Of a DNA stretch of 64,000 nucleotides, positions 28,511 through 41,384 are shown piece by piece. Source of the DNA: Macrostomum lignano. Taxonomy: Eukaryota. Below the pieces are notes generated by a model that saw only the letters and a program-made list of their open reading frames with translations, ran no database searches and had not been told where the DNA came from. Within the stretch, counting starts at the first letter, position 1. Each line of letters opens with the position of its first letter. The DNA lies in NCBI GenBank assembly GCA_002269645.1, contig NIVC01000029.1, positions 806,001 through 870,000 on the forward strand, written 5' to 3'. The translations under genes were made by a program, and so were the position numbers.

Positions 28511-28967
28511 ATACAGGTGCTGTCTCTCTTTTAAAGCAACGATATGCCTATTTTAAAGGGCTTAATCTCCAGTGCCATTGCTGGAGTCGAATGCGGTTTT
28601 CTACCGATAAAATTTACAAAGTTTCCAAAGGTTTTCCGTCAGTTTGCAGCGGAGCCTATAGATTAGAGCGTAGAGTAGTGTCCTGAATGGTAGTCAATTG
28701 AAATAGTAACCCTTTTAAGTCGTTTAAAATAAATATTTTGTTGCACTTCCAGTCCAAATGCAAATAATTAGAAGTCCATGGGCTGTAGGCTTGTAAGCCC
28801 TATTCATGTATTATAGTCTATGGTAGTTTAAACAATTACCAAACTTTAAAATACAGTTATCTAATGCGCATGAAGGCCCTGTGAAAGCTTTATTTTGCTG
28901 TTTTGCTTGAGCTAATTTAGAATCACTTCATCACAAGATAATTAACTAGCCGGTTACCAGAGCAACA

Positions 28968-31900
28968 ATGAGCTTTCATCAGTACCCGAGCGGCCTAAGA
29001 CAGAGGCGCAGTGTCCAACCAATGCCATCCGACACAGCCGAGTTCACTGGCAATCATAATAGCATTGACGAGCGCACAATACTGAAGCTATTCGGCAGAC
29101 CGACTTTGTCCAGCTGTATGTATCGGGCTAGCGACTTTTTGAGCTTCCTGTACCAGTGCCTGACCAGCATTGGACCCAAGCTGTTTATTGTGATCGCATT
29201 TCCAGCTGCAATTGTCTTCTTTGTCGCGTACGCTACTGAAAGATTCAACGCACTGATGGGCACTGACAAGCCAAACAATCAAAAAGTGTTGCAATTCAAC
29301 TTTATTGTCATCTGCAGCTGTTACTCGCTCATCTTCTTCGTTGTGGCCGTGGACTATTATAAGATTCTTAGTATTTCTCGAACCGCCATCGCGATCCGGA
29401 GGCAGCAGCACAGCCAGCAGAAGGCCATTGCGGCGGAGACCGTTTCCGAGAGCCGGCACAAGATCACAACGCAGGAGTTGCATAAAATAGCAGTGCATGG
29501 TCAAATTGTCAATGAAACACCAGAATTAAACGATGGAGATGCAGAAGAGCCGAATTATGCTACTTCAAGTAGGCTGACTGTTGATAGAGAAGCGGAATTG
29601 CAAAGCAATTCAGCCGTGCAGCCTATCTCTGAGCAGCGGTCCAACAGTGAGGAATTGTCCACCTGGTGGGGTTCCTACTCTATACTCAGGCTGAATCTGC
29701 ACTGCTTCATCTATCAGGTTAAAAGTACATTCAAGCTGATGCTCAGTCCAAACAGGCGGAGAAAAAACAGTCACAGGCGCCGCCGAACTCACGGACTGAA
29801 CCATTACCTGCTGCAGCTGGTCAAGGGCAACTTCGCAAGGCTATCGATCGGCCTCATACTGCTCGTCATCGCGAGTTGTACGCTGGTTGGCTTAAAAAAA
29901 TTTCACAACCGGCCGGCAAAGTCGCAGCGTTCCGATTGGCTGATTAAAAGAGCATGGTGGAACGGCTCACTGGCTGGGTACCTAACGCTGCACTTTGTCA
30001 CGCTGATTGCCGTGGCAGCTGTTGTCTCAAAAACTCCATCGAAGATTAATATACTCCGGATTATTAGCAGGTTAATAATATTATTATTATTCCCAGGAAG
30101 CTATAGGGTTGCGGGGCACCCTGATGCAACGCCTTCGGCGACATCGGTCCCACAACCAGCGCTGACGGAAATTCTGCCCATTCCACTGACTCCTGAGCAC
30201 ATTCAAGCGCGCCAACACTGTACTCAGAGTACGCACTCATTCACACGCTCACACAGGGTGTATAGCGGCCCATTGACTTTCTAATCGTCAAACATGTACA
30301 CTCTCTGTGCTTTAGGGATTGGTCCTCATGGGTGTGGATCGTACGACAACCCCTTGGCCAGTGTCGTGACGTGACGTGCGTCGCCAGAGAGTCAGACGTA
30401 TTTACCACTGAGCTGCTCCATCCACTCTGCATTACAGGTGGCTACTGGCTCTGGTAGCATGCATCACTATAAAACTGGCTGTACTACCGGAAATGCACCC
30501 GGTGCCAAAGTGTACCTCGGTGGAAAAAGTTGACAATGGATTTTTTGCCGTGTTTACCGACTTGGAGACCTACATTGACACTCCGATAATCAACTCTATC
30601 GGCGTTTCGAGGCCTAAGGTGCTTTTTCTACTAGGCAGTTTAGTGACAGCCATCACCGCGGCATTCCTGTACCAGCTGACTGTTCTGCAGATGGCAATCG
30701 GCAGTGTTGGTACAACATTTGAGTTTCTACTGGGCGTGAGTCCTATTGAAGGAGCTGCGTTATTGCTGAATCTCTTTGCTACTCAGACAAATTTTCTACT
30801 GTTGTTTATGCCTTTTCTGGCCAAGATGAGCGAGTCGGAGCTGTTCTGCATTCTGGTTCTCATGCTGGTGAAAACACCTAGCGAAGATGACGAGTACTGG
30901 ACTTACAAGGGCGCCTCTATGTCCGTTGAAAATCTTTCATACTTCAATAGGAAAGTACACGTAAGCTGATTCAGTAAAGCATCATTTTATGGGGATTCGA
31001 AAATCAAGGGAAAGTGGAGAGTCAGATTCAACGACTAGGAGAGAACAGAGAAGCTAGATTTAAGAACTAGGAGAGAACGGAGAGGCAGATTTGAGGACTA
31101 GGAGAGAACGGAGAGGCAGTTTCAACGACTAGGAGGGAGTTGAGAGGCAGATTCAACGACTAGGAGGGAGTGGAGACTGGAGAGGCAGATTCAACGACTA
31201 GGAGGGAGTGGAGAGGCAGATTCAACGACAACGAAAGAGAACGGAGAGGCAGTTTCAACGACTAGGAGTGGAGAGGCAGTTTCAACGACTAGGAGGGAGT
31301 GGAGACTGGAGAGGCAGTTTCAACGACTAGGAGTGGAGAGGCAGTTTCAACGACTAGGAGGGAGTGGAGAGGCAGTTTCAACGACTAGGAGTGGAGAGGC
31401 AGTTTCAACGACTAGGAGGGAGTGGAGACTGGAGAGGCAGTTTCAACGACTAGGAGTGGAGAGGCAGTTTCAACGACTAGGAGGGAGTGGAGAGGCAGTT
31501 TCAACGACTAGGAGTGGAGAGGCAGTTTCAACGACTAGGAGGGAGTGGAGACTGGAGAGGCAGTTTCAACGACTAGGAGTGGAGAGGCAGTTTCAACGAC
31601 TAGGAGGGAGTGGAGAGGCAGTTTCAACGACTAGGAGTGGAGAGGCAGTTTCAACGACTAGGAGGGAGTGGAGAGGCAGTTTCAACGACTAGGAGTGGAG
31701 AGGCAGTTTCAACGACTAGGAGGGAGTGGAGAGGCAGTTTCAACGACTAGGAGTGGAGAGGCAGTTTCAACGACTAGGAGGGAGTGGAGAGGCAGTTTCA
31801 ACGACTAGGAGAGAGTGGAGAAGCAGATTCAACTAACCTAATGAAGACAGCAACCAATGTCAACTCTTAGGTAACAACCCAGTCCACCTATACGCCTCAA

Positions 31901-32686
31901 CGCCTTGCCGTGCGCAGTCTGCTAATATTTCCGTTAATAACTCTATTCTGCCGAGTGCTATACCCGTCCGGAGGCAAGATCAGCGCGCGTTCGTCGCAAT
32001 TTCGCCAACTGAGCTCTATGAAAGATAGTCGACCGTTTGCATCGATGGGCGAGAGCCTCTTATTCTTTGTCTCGTACTGTCTGAGATCTCTATGCCGCTA
32101 TTTCGTCATGATTATGTTCTTCCACTGCGTCGAATATTTATTCCGTTTTGTTGGCAATTCTATCGACTTCGAAATTGGATATAGGAACAAAACCGAATCG
32201 GCTGTTCTAGAGCTAAGCGGCGCGTTCATATCGCCGCTAACAGACTTAACCGAATTCTACCCGTCGAAAGGCTACAGGCTCAGCGGTTACATTGTTAGAA
32301 AGTTCTTCTATCCGAAGACTTCGTTTCAAAGCATATTCGTGCTGGACGACTATTTAAGAATGAACCGACTGCCAGATCCCTACCTGGACGAATATCACGA
32401 GTTAAGCGCGCCGATAAAAGAGATTGTAGTGTCCGGCTCGTTCAGTTGGGACACTATCATCATATTCGTAGCATTTACCACAGATTTTTTAACCAAAGAT
32501 CGCAAGACTTCCATTGGTTTCATAATCAGAGGCTGCTTAACCGCCGTGTTAATCTATGCTGCTATGCAAAATCTTTTCTATATGACCTGCGACGATGCCA
32601 GTCTAAAGAAGCTCTACAATATCAGTAGAGAGTGGATTAAGACAATTGATAGGTCTGCAAGTTTACCCATTCGCGAGTGTCCATAG
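28968..32686 (+). CDS. Uncharacterised multi-pass membrane protein (~813 aa, roughly 10-12 hydrophobic segments); spliced
   Basis: Model join(28968..30070,30438..30960,31871..32686) = 2442 nt. The phase-2 junction AG|GTTAAT...TTACAG|G restores KINILRIISR-WLLALVACITIKL. The phase-0 junction CAC|GTAAGC...CTCTTAG|GTAACA is also clean. A possible extra in-frame 24-nt first exon lies at 27955..27978 (MTSRFLDL|GTGAGT) spliced to 28950. No family motif recognised. Confidence 0.65.
31015..31830. repeat. 27/31/38-bp composite minisatellite (GGAGAGGCAGTTTCAACGACTA core) with a 123-bp higher-order unit
   Basis: The pseudo-ORF 31333-31692 repeats a 41-aa block. Lies in the intron 30961-31870. Confidence 0.92.
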
Positions 32687-34209
32687 GATGCCTTTGTGAA
32701 CTGTTACAGAAAAATCGTATAATTTGTTATTACGACAGTTGTGCCTGTTTCTGATGAGTTAATAAGACTATATGGTTTTAAAACTTTATTTGAAGAGACT
32801 GTTAACTTACTTTCCTGGTTATAGGACCTTTGCAGAAGACTTATTTCATGGGGCGCGCAAGTTGCTCTCTAGAATTTTAAGGGGTATGTGTTACCAAGGT
32901 AACTTTCTTGAGTTTAATTCACTATAATTTATATCGCATAAAGGGCACCCTGTCGAAACGCCTATCCTGAATGATTTTTATCGATTTATGACGATCTATA
33001 TATCTAGGCAAGTATAATAAGTGAAATAAAGAGCTAAAAAGAAGTCAATAATCAAAACTTTATGCAGTTATCTGTGAAGTTGGACAATGAGAACAACTTT
33101 TATATGCCAGATATTTATTTATAACAGAAGACAATTGCCGACTGGCATTCTATACAGTCTAGTGCTTTCTCGATAAAAATTTCATATTTGAGAACTATGA
33201 ATATTATGTCAGAGAAGCAAGAATGTTTGACAAAAAATTAATTTAATTATGTGGAGTCTAAATAAACAACAAATTAAAAAAAACAGGTCTCAACAAAAAG
33301 CACACAAATGCTCTGTGCAGACTCGATTTCTACAAGGCGTTGTGTGGCAATTTAAGATTCTGTACTTTAAATAAATCAGATTCTGCTGCAGTCTGCGACA
33401 ATCAAAAGTACATGAGGGACTTTTTGTATTGTACTCGTAATAATATTAAAAAATCACAGGTGAATCGATTACTTTATTTATTACCAGTAGTGATGAAATT
33501 CCGACTGAATGAATTTGAACATTGTTTTACAAAAATCTATTTTTAAAGAAAATGTTTTTGAGAATACAGAGATGAACTTTCTGGTGCAATGCATTTCTTG
33601 GACATTCAATTACAAATAAAGAATATACATTTAATGTAGCACAAGACAAGATCCGGGAAGGCACACTGTGAATTGCGCTGCACGACAAAGTGACACCCGA
33701 CATTCAATTCAGATTTTAGTTGACAACTAAAATGTTGTTTATGTTTTATAAGTTGATTTAAGTTGATTTATAAACAGAGATAAGTACATTTTGATACTGT
33801 CACACGATCACAGCCGAAATAGAAATCGAAATATTTAGTATACAATACAAATTAGAATTAAATACATTTTAATAGGTTGCACGCAAAGCACAATTAATTG
33901 TTTACGCATATTTTCTTAGCACATAAAGAAAGGTAAGTGCAATTTATTTCATTGCAAATTATATTTCATACTACAATAAAATTTTAAAAAAATTACATAT
34001 ACATAAATTATGTAATAAGTGCAGACAAGTGTGTGTTTAAGCCGTTTATCAAAAATATGGATTTAAATTTAAGTAAGCATCGACGAAATCAATTATGAGC
34101 ACGCAAATGTTAATAATTAAAAGATCAATATTTTACCTTTTTCATTCTATTGAACTGTTCCGAGATTATTTGATTTTTTTGCGCAAAGACAACTAAAGCA
34201 ACGTATATA

Positions 34210-34836
34210 CAGGACGCGACACTCACGTTTCATGGAAAAAGTTTTGAAAGCCAATATTCGCAGAAAATACACTACAGAGATAGGAAGTTTTTATGTTTTG
34301 CATATTAAAACTGTTATTGCTTTCGATAGGAGGCAGACCCAATGTTCATCTTTTAATATGTTGTGCATTTTTATAGCTCTATTGATATTCATAAAGCTTC
34401 TCATCCAGAAAATTAGGGTTCTATGTTAATTTCTGATTCTACGTACATTTCCTGTACCTAAAATCATAAAAATACACGGCACAGCTCCAATCTATGGTTT
34501 TATGAATCTATTTTATCAACTCTGTCACACATTGTTACACAGTCAGCTGAGAATGACAAAATAGACTCATAAAACCAATGAGCCGATTCGTGCCATTTTT
34601 TATGGTTTAAGAAATTAACTCAGAGTCCCAATTTTCTAAACAAAAAGCTTTATGAATATCAATAGAGCTATAAGGGCAGAACATATAAAAAGATTGAACA
34701 TTGGGTCCGCCTCCCATCAAAATCAGTAACAATTTTATTATTAAAAAACGCGAAAAGTTTCTATCTCCGTAGTGTATTTTTCGGCGAAAAGTGGCCTTTA
34801 AAACGTTTTTCTATGGATTTAGAGTGTTGCGTCCTT
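34210..34836. mobile_element. ~625-bp fold-back / MITE-like element (near-complete palindrome)
   Basis: Termini CAGGACGCGACACTC / GAGTGTTGCGTCCT. A perfect 29-bp inverted match at 34371-34399 / 34645-34673. Symmetry continues to a ~30-nt central loop near 34520. The left end is preceded by TA (Tc1/mariner-like) but the right end is degenerate. Confidence 0.75.
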
Positions 34837-35048
34837 TTAATTTAGTAGTCCTTGTTTTTGCGATTTTGATTTTTTTTCAAATATCAAGACAGTTTCTAGC
34901 ACAGTAATTCAATGATAAATATCGTGAAGATGGATTTTGTCAGAGATTCTTTAAAACTTTAGAATTCTCGAACCGCAACAGCAGCAGCAGCAAGCGGTTT
35001 AAATTGGCTAAAATTAAAGAAGAGAAACGCTACGCACAATCAGCGCAT

Positions 35049-38000
35049 TTAAGAGGACAGCGACACCCGATCGCTATTCAAATCCTGGACGCATTGGTCA
35101 AACAGTTCGGCAAATTCCAGCCGGTCGCTTCGATTAATAAGTTGCATAGAGACAGCTTTGACATTGTCGAATAATGACTCAATATCCAAGTCTGGCAGCG
35201 GATTCTTCAACAGCTCCATCATCTGGCTATAGTCCATGGTTAATAATTGGCTCTCATACAGTCGCAGGATGCCCAGAGATGCTCGATAGAGGAACGCATC
35301 TCCGTCGTGAACAAACATATCCCAAATGCGGCAGGCAACATCGTATTGCAGATTCTTAGCGAAGATGGTGAACACCCAGTCTGTTAGAATCGGGCGCATA
35401 TGGAACTCGTGCAATTCGAAGTGTTTAGCTAATCTGGGCAGATTCTCGCATAGCAACGCTTCGAATGTCAGCTCGTAGGCTCGCATGCAGCGCTCATCGA
35501 ATCGGTAGTGAGCTCGCAGGCAGGGCCGGCTTAAAAGATTAGCAAACGACACGAATGCGTGATAATCCGAGGAGCAGTTTAGCAGCAGCACGGCGCAGAT
35601 GAACGACATGCCTTGGACGTAGCCAGTGTCCGGGGAGAAGCTGGCGTAAGCCGCTAATAAATCAAACAGCCTGTCGTGATAAGGCCCGCCGCGTTGAAAC
35701 AGTTTAATGTCCGGCAGGGTCCGACTGACATCCAATGAGATCAGCTTCAATGAGTTCATCTCTGCCGTCCGTTCGACAATATCTGTTGAGTTAGCGGAAC
35801 TGCTAGCTGAGGACGGCTTTAACTGTTGTTTCTCAGCCATATCTCTGGCTCGGCTAACGTGTATGTCGAACAATTCCTCAGTGATTCGAAGTTCGTTGCC
35901 TAATAGACGGAACCAGACCTGCGGTCGGGCGTTGCTAGGCACGCCGTGCCAGCAAAGGTCGCGAAATTTTTTCGCCTCACGACTAGTGAACTCTTGCCAG
36001 TTGGGAAGGACCTGCGGGGTTTTGCGTTATCGATACTAGTTTAAAAACTGCTGATCGATATTAGAAATCAGTTATCATTATCAAAAAGCATTTATCCATA
36101 TCTGTAACTGATTATCGATATCTATAAGTGATCATCGATATCTATAACTGATTATCGATATCTATAAGTGATCATCGATATCTATAAGTGATCATCGATA
36201 TCTATAACTGATTATCGATATCTATAAGTGATCATCGATATCTATAACTGATTATTGATATCCATAACTTACTATCATATCTACAACTGATTGTCGATAT
36301 CAACAACCAATTATTAATATTTAAACTAATTATGGATATCGAGAATTAATTCTAGATATCTAGAACTAATTATCGATATCGGAACCAATTATTAGCAAAT
36401 ACCGATGCTCTATTAAAATTATGTTTCTTATGTCATACTTATAGCTCAAAAAGCGTTTATCTAGAAATTGCCACAGAGAAGGTCAATTACAAAGTATTTG
36501 ACACTTGGACACAGCTGCGCAATAAAAAGTACACGCGAGCCTATGTACCGAGATAGCGCTTGCATGGCGCTTGAGTACTGCACTAGCATGCCTATGAACT
36601 TTTCTAGATACTGGCCATATCAGCTGGTATAATGGTCTACTTTAATCGGTAATTTTGAGGCCACATTCTCAAGAGAACTACAATAAAAGCAGAAAAATTT
36701 TCACGCTTTCTTAAGGCATGAAAAATATGGGGAGAGAGAGACACGTAGAAGATTAAAATAGCGAGTTTAGATAAGGTAAAAACAGGAGGCAGGTAACTGC
36801 GGGTTTATTAAAATAACCAACGCATGTATACTAATGAACCAACAAAGGGAAAGTGTGCTCAAACAAACGCTGGATGAGAATGGAGAGAAAATAGATGAGA
36901 GATCACACAGAAAATAGACGAGAGATTAAAGAGACAATAGATGAGAGAACACACTAAAATAGATTAAAGATTAGACAAATATTAGATGAGAGATCACACA
37001 GAAAATAGACGAGAGATTAAAGAGACAATAGATGAGAGAACACACTAAAATAGATTAAAGATTAGACAAATATTAGATGAGAGATCACACAGAGAATAGA
37101 TGAGAGATTAGACAAATAATAGATGAGAGATCACACAGAGAATAGATGAGAGATTAGACAAATAATAGATGAGAGATCACACAGAGAATAGATGAGAGAT
37201 TAGACAAATATTAGATGAGAGATCACACAGAGAATAGATGAGAGATTAGACAAATAATAGATGAGAGATCACACAGAGAATAGATGAGAGATTAGACAAA
37301 TAATAGATGAGAGATCACACAGAGAATAGATGAGAGATTAGACAGATAATAGATGAGAGATCACACAGAGAATAGATGAGAGATCACACAGAGAATAGAT
37401 GAGAGATCAGACAGAGAATAGATGAGAGATCAGACACAGAATAGATGAGAGATCAGACACGGAGAAAGATGCGAGATTAAACACAGAGAATAGGCGAGAT
37501 TAGACACAGAAAATAGAGAGATCAGACACAGAGAATAGATGAGAGATCACACAGAGAATAGATGAGAGATTAGAGAGATAATAGATGAGAGATCACACAG
37601 AGAATAGATGAGAGATTAGAGAGATAATAGATGAGAGATCACAGAGAATAGATGAGAGATCAGACACAGGGAATAGATAAGAGATCAGACAGAATAGATG
37701 GGAGATCAGACAGAGAATAGATGGGAGATCAGACAGAGAATAGATGAGAGATCAGACACAGAATAGATGAGAGATCAGACACGGAGAAAGATGCGAGATT
37801 AAACACAGAGAAAAGACGAGAGATTAGACACAGAAAATAGAGAGATCAGACACAGAGAATAGATGAGAGATCAGACACAGAATAGATGAGAGATCAGACA
37901 CAGAATAGATGAGAGATCAGACACGGAGAAAGATGCGAGATTAAACACAGAGAATAGACGAGAGATTAGACACAGAAAATAGAGAGATCAGGCACAGAGA

Positions 38001-41000
38001 ATAGATGAGAGATCACACAGAGAATAGATGAGAGATCACAGAGAATAGATGAGATGAGAGATCAGACAGTGAATAGATGAGAGATTAGACGGAGAATAAA
38101 TGAGATATCAGACAATAGATCCAGACAGTTATAACACCAGTCAAGAAGCAACCAACCTTATTCTGCCAGGTGTCCATCAGCTTCTGCGCCTGATTTTCCA
38201 ACCGCCGATTCTTGTCGCTATCCTTTCGTCGACGCAGCCGATCGTCCTCTTCTTTTCGTTGGGCATTGCGCAGCATCTCCTGGTACTCGCGTTGGTGCCG
38301 AGCCAGTTCGCTCAGATCTTTGGGAGGCGCCCCTGTAGGCCGATCCACCGCGATCAGGCCTAGGGTGGACACCTGGCGGGTGAGGAGCAGGGGTCATCAA
38401 TTCGCTAGATTGACCTTCACCCTGATATCTGTTCTCTTTTTATAATATCTTATCTACTCTCCGTGTTTGACCTCTCATCTATTCTCTGTCTAAACTCTCA
38501 TCTATTCTCTGTGTCTGATCTCTCTATTTTCTGTGTCTAATCTCTCGTCTATTCTCTGTGTCTAATCTCGCATCTTTCTCCGTGTCTGATCTCTCATCTA
38601 TTCTTTGGTCTAATGTCTCATATATTCTCTGTGTCTAATCTCTTATCTATTCTCTGGTCTTATCTCTTATCTATTCTCTCTGTCTAAACTCTCATCTATT
38701 CTCTGTGTCTGATCTCTCATCTTTTTTGTGTCTGATCTCTCTATTTTCTGTGTCTGACCTCTTATCTATTCTCTGTGTCTGATCTCTCATCGACTCTTTG
38801 TGTTGAGGTCTTGAATTTTTTGTCTAAAAAAAAACTGAATGTTTGAAATGGCCTTATTAATCCTATCTAATACCTGAATATGTCTAGAGAAAACACATAT
38901 TTACTCAGCAAAAGTACAAAAGTTGTACACTTACACGGCCCTTAGTCGCCAATATTATTGTACTAATATTTGAACAGGTAATATTACTAAAATAATTAAT
39001 AAGGATTTCTACTAACTAAACCATAAACCTAGTACAAATAATGGAAGTTGTTTTCTTAAACACACGCTTGCACACTTATACACAGAAGGGCAGCGGCGCA
39101 ATGTAAAGCGCGAGACAAATATGAGAGAATAAAAAGGGTTGCAACAAGTCAGCTGAGCTGCTAATTGATATGCATGCATTTATATCAGTTGCACACAAGA
39201 TCAAAGGTAAGGAATTAGGAGAGGCACCCCCAGGTAAGGGCTTACAGAGAAACAGGGTGCAATTATATATGCACCACGGTGGCCCTACACAGATACGACA
39301 ACGTGCAAGAGTTTGTATGTACATTCAGAGTTTGTGCATATAAAATTAATGTTTCTTCGCGTTCATTTCCCTAACAGCAATGCAGTGCAGTAAAGTTATT
39401 TCATTGCGGTCAAATTGTAATGAGCCTACTTAAAAGTAGGTATGGAGAAGTAGGTAGGTAAAGATTCTCATTTTGATCAATTTAAAATCCTTATTTTAAT
39501 CAATTTAAAATCCTCATTTTGATTAATTTAAAATCCTCATTTTGATCAATTTAAAATCCTCATTTCGTTCAATTTAAAATTCTTATTTTGGTCAATTTAA
39601 AATCATCGTTTTAATCAATTTAAAACTCTCATTTTGATCAGTTTAAAATCCTTATTTCGGTGAATTTAAAATCCTTATTTCGGTAAATTTAAAATTCTTA
39701 TTTTGGTCAATTTAAAGTCCTTATTTTGGTCAATTTAAAGTCCTTATTTTGGTCAATTTAAAGTCCTTATTTTGGTCAATTTAAAGTCCTTATTTTGGTC
39801 AATTTAAAATCCTTATTTTGATCTATTTCAAATCCCCATTTTGATCAATTTAAAATCCTCATTTTGATCTATTTCAAATCCCCATTTTGATCAATTTAAA
39901 GTCCTTATTTTGGTCAATTTAAAGTCCTTATTTTGGTCAATTTAAAGTCCTTATTTTGGTCAATTTAAAGTTCTTATTTTGGTCAATTTAAAATCCTCAT
40001 TTTGATCAATTTAAAAACCTCATTTTGATCAATTTTAAATCCTCATTTTGATCAATTAAAAATCCTCATTTTGATCAATTTTAAATTCTCATTTTGATCA
40101 ATTTTAAATCCTCATTTTGATCAATTAAAAATCCTCATTTCGATCAATTTTAAATCCTCATTTTGATCAATTTTAAATCCTCATTTTGATCAATTAAAAA
40201 TCCTCATTTTGATCAATTTTAAATCCTCATTTTGATCAATTTAAAATCCTCATTTTGATCAATTTTAAATCCTCATTTTGATCAATTTTAAATCCTCATT
40301 TCGATCAATTTAAAATCCATAATTTTGACCAATTTAAAATCCTCATTTTGATTAATTTAAAATCCTTATTTTGATCTATTTCAAATCCCCATTTTGATCA
40401 ATTTAAAATCCTCACTTTGACCCAACTGAAATCCTCACTTTGACTCACCTGCCTTCCATCGGAAGAAATAGAAGAACTGGGACTCCATTTCTCTCGCCAG
40501 CCAAACAGTTTATTTAACAGACTGGACTGTTGCTGCTGCTGCTGCTGAGACTGCAGCTGCAACTGCTGTCTCCTAGTAGGACTTCCACCAATAGCAGCAG
40601 AGCTCGAGGCGGAGTCGAACTGTTGCAAAGAGATCCTGTCGCCTTCTGGAAGCGACAGCTCAGTAGAGGCGGACACAAGCGAGGATAAACTAGAAAATGA
40701 CGAACAATGCTGAATACCAGCTGGGTTCAACAGTACGCCGCTGCTACCAGCTTGATGATTTGGCGTACCCGAAGTACTCTGCTGCTGCTGAAGCAGTACG
40801 CCATGCAGATCGCTGGAACTGCGCTGATGAGAGGCTGCAATAAGAGTGGCAGTGCTGGTACGCTTACTAGACACAGAAGAGAAGGATCTCTGCACTGGCG
40901 CTGATTGCTCAGCAGCCTGACGGATATCACCAGCACACAATGTACTTTCTAAGTCCACTGATTCAATATCGTCTGTTGATTTTTCTTCGACAGCCGGTTC

Positions 41001-41102
41001 GCTGTCATCGGTTTCCATAGCAGTATTAGTACCACCATTAACTATTAGAACTGTTGAGTTATCAGTGTCAGAATGCTCAGACTCTGGTCGCGCTTGTTGC
41101 AT
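35049..41102 (-). CDS. TBC1D14-like: TBC-domain Rab GTPase-activating protein, TBC1D12/TBC1D14-like (~610 aa); spliced
   Basis: complement(join(35049..36011,38157..38372,40449..41102)), all phase 0. Motifs: STLGLIAVDRPTGAPPKDLSELARHQREYQEM, WQNK|VLPNW, CWHGVPSNARPQVW, arginine finger LISLDVSRTLP, glutamine finger GYVQGMSF, DVACRIWDMF. Confidence 0.9.
36095..36385. repeat. 20-bp minisatellite (ATCGATATCTATAACTGATT)n, degenerating outward
   Basis: Direct reading; in a TBC intron. Confidence 0.85.
36885..38105 (+). repeat. GA-rich minisatellite (GAGAATAGATGAGAGATCACACA)n, left arm
   Basis: Direct reading; 21-45-bp composite units. Confidence 0.92.
38445..38800 (-). repeat. Same minisatellite in inverted orientation (TGTCTGATCTCTCATCTATTCTCTG)n, right arm
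   Basis: Its reverse complement equals the monomer of 36885-38105. Confidence 0.9.
39465..40444. repeat. 23-bp AT-rich minisatellite (AATTTAAAATCCTCATTTTGATC)n
   Basis: About 42 units; the terminal unit overlaps the TBC donor at 40448. Confidence 0.95.
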
Positions 41103-41384
41103 TGTTTCTGTGGCGCATGTCGTCTCAGACCATGAATGAATTTTGGATTTTAATTTTTTTATGAATTATTAAACGTCTTATACAAGCTACTTATAGTAGT
41201 AAACAGATAATAAAGACACCTTCCTAGTCTTACAAGTATTGCAGGAAAACTACTAACGAATACTAAGCTAGTCAGAATGTGGAAAGAGAGTCAGTAGAGG
41301 GAATCAGTGAATGCAGTGAGTCTGTAAAGAAAGAGAGAGTTAGTAGTCAATACTTTAGAGTGAGAATCAGCAAAGAAGAGAGTC

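Noticed and set aside
30071-30284. C-terminal part of the 438-aa ORF as coding
   Set aside because: Better explained as read-through into an intron. Splicing at 30070/30438 joins the downstream ORFs in frame.
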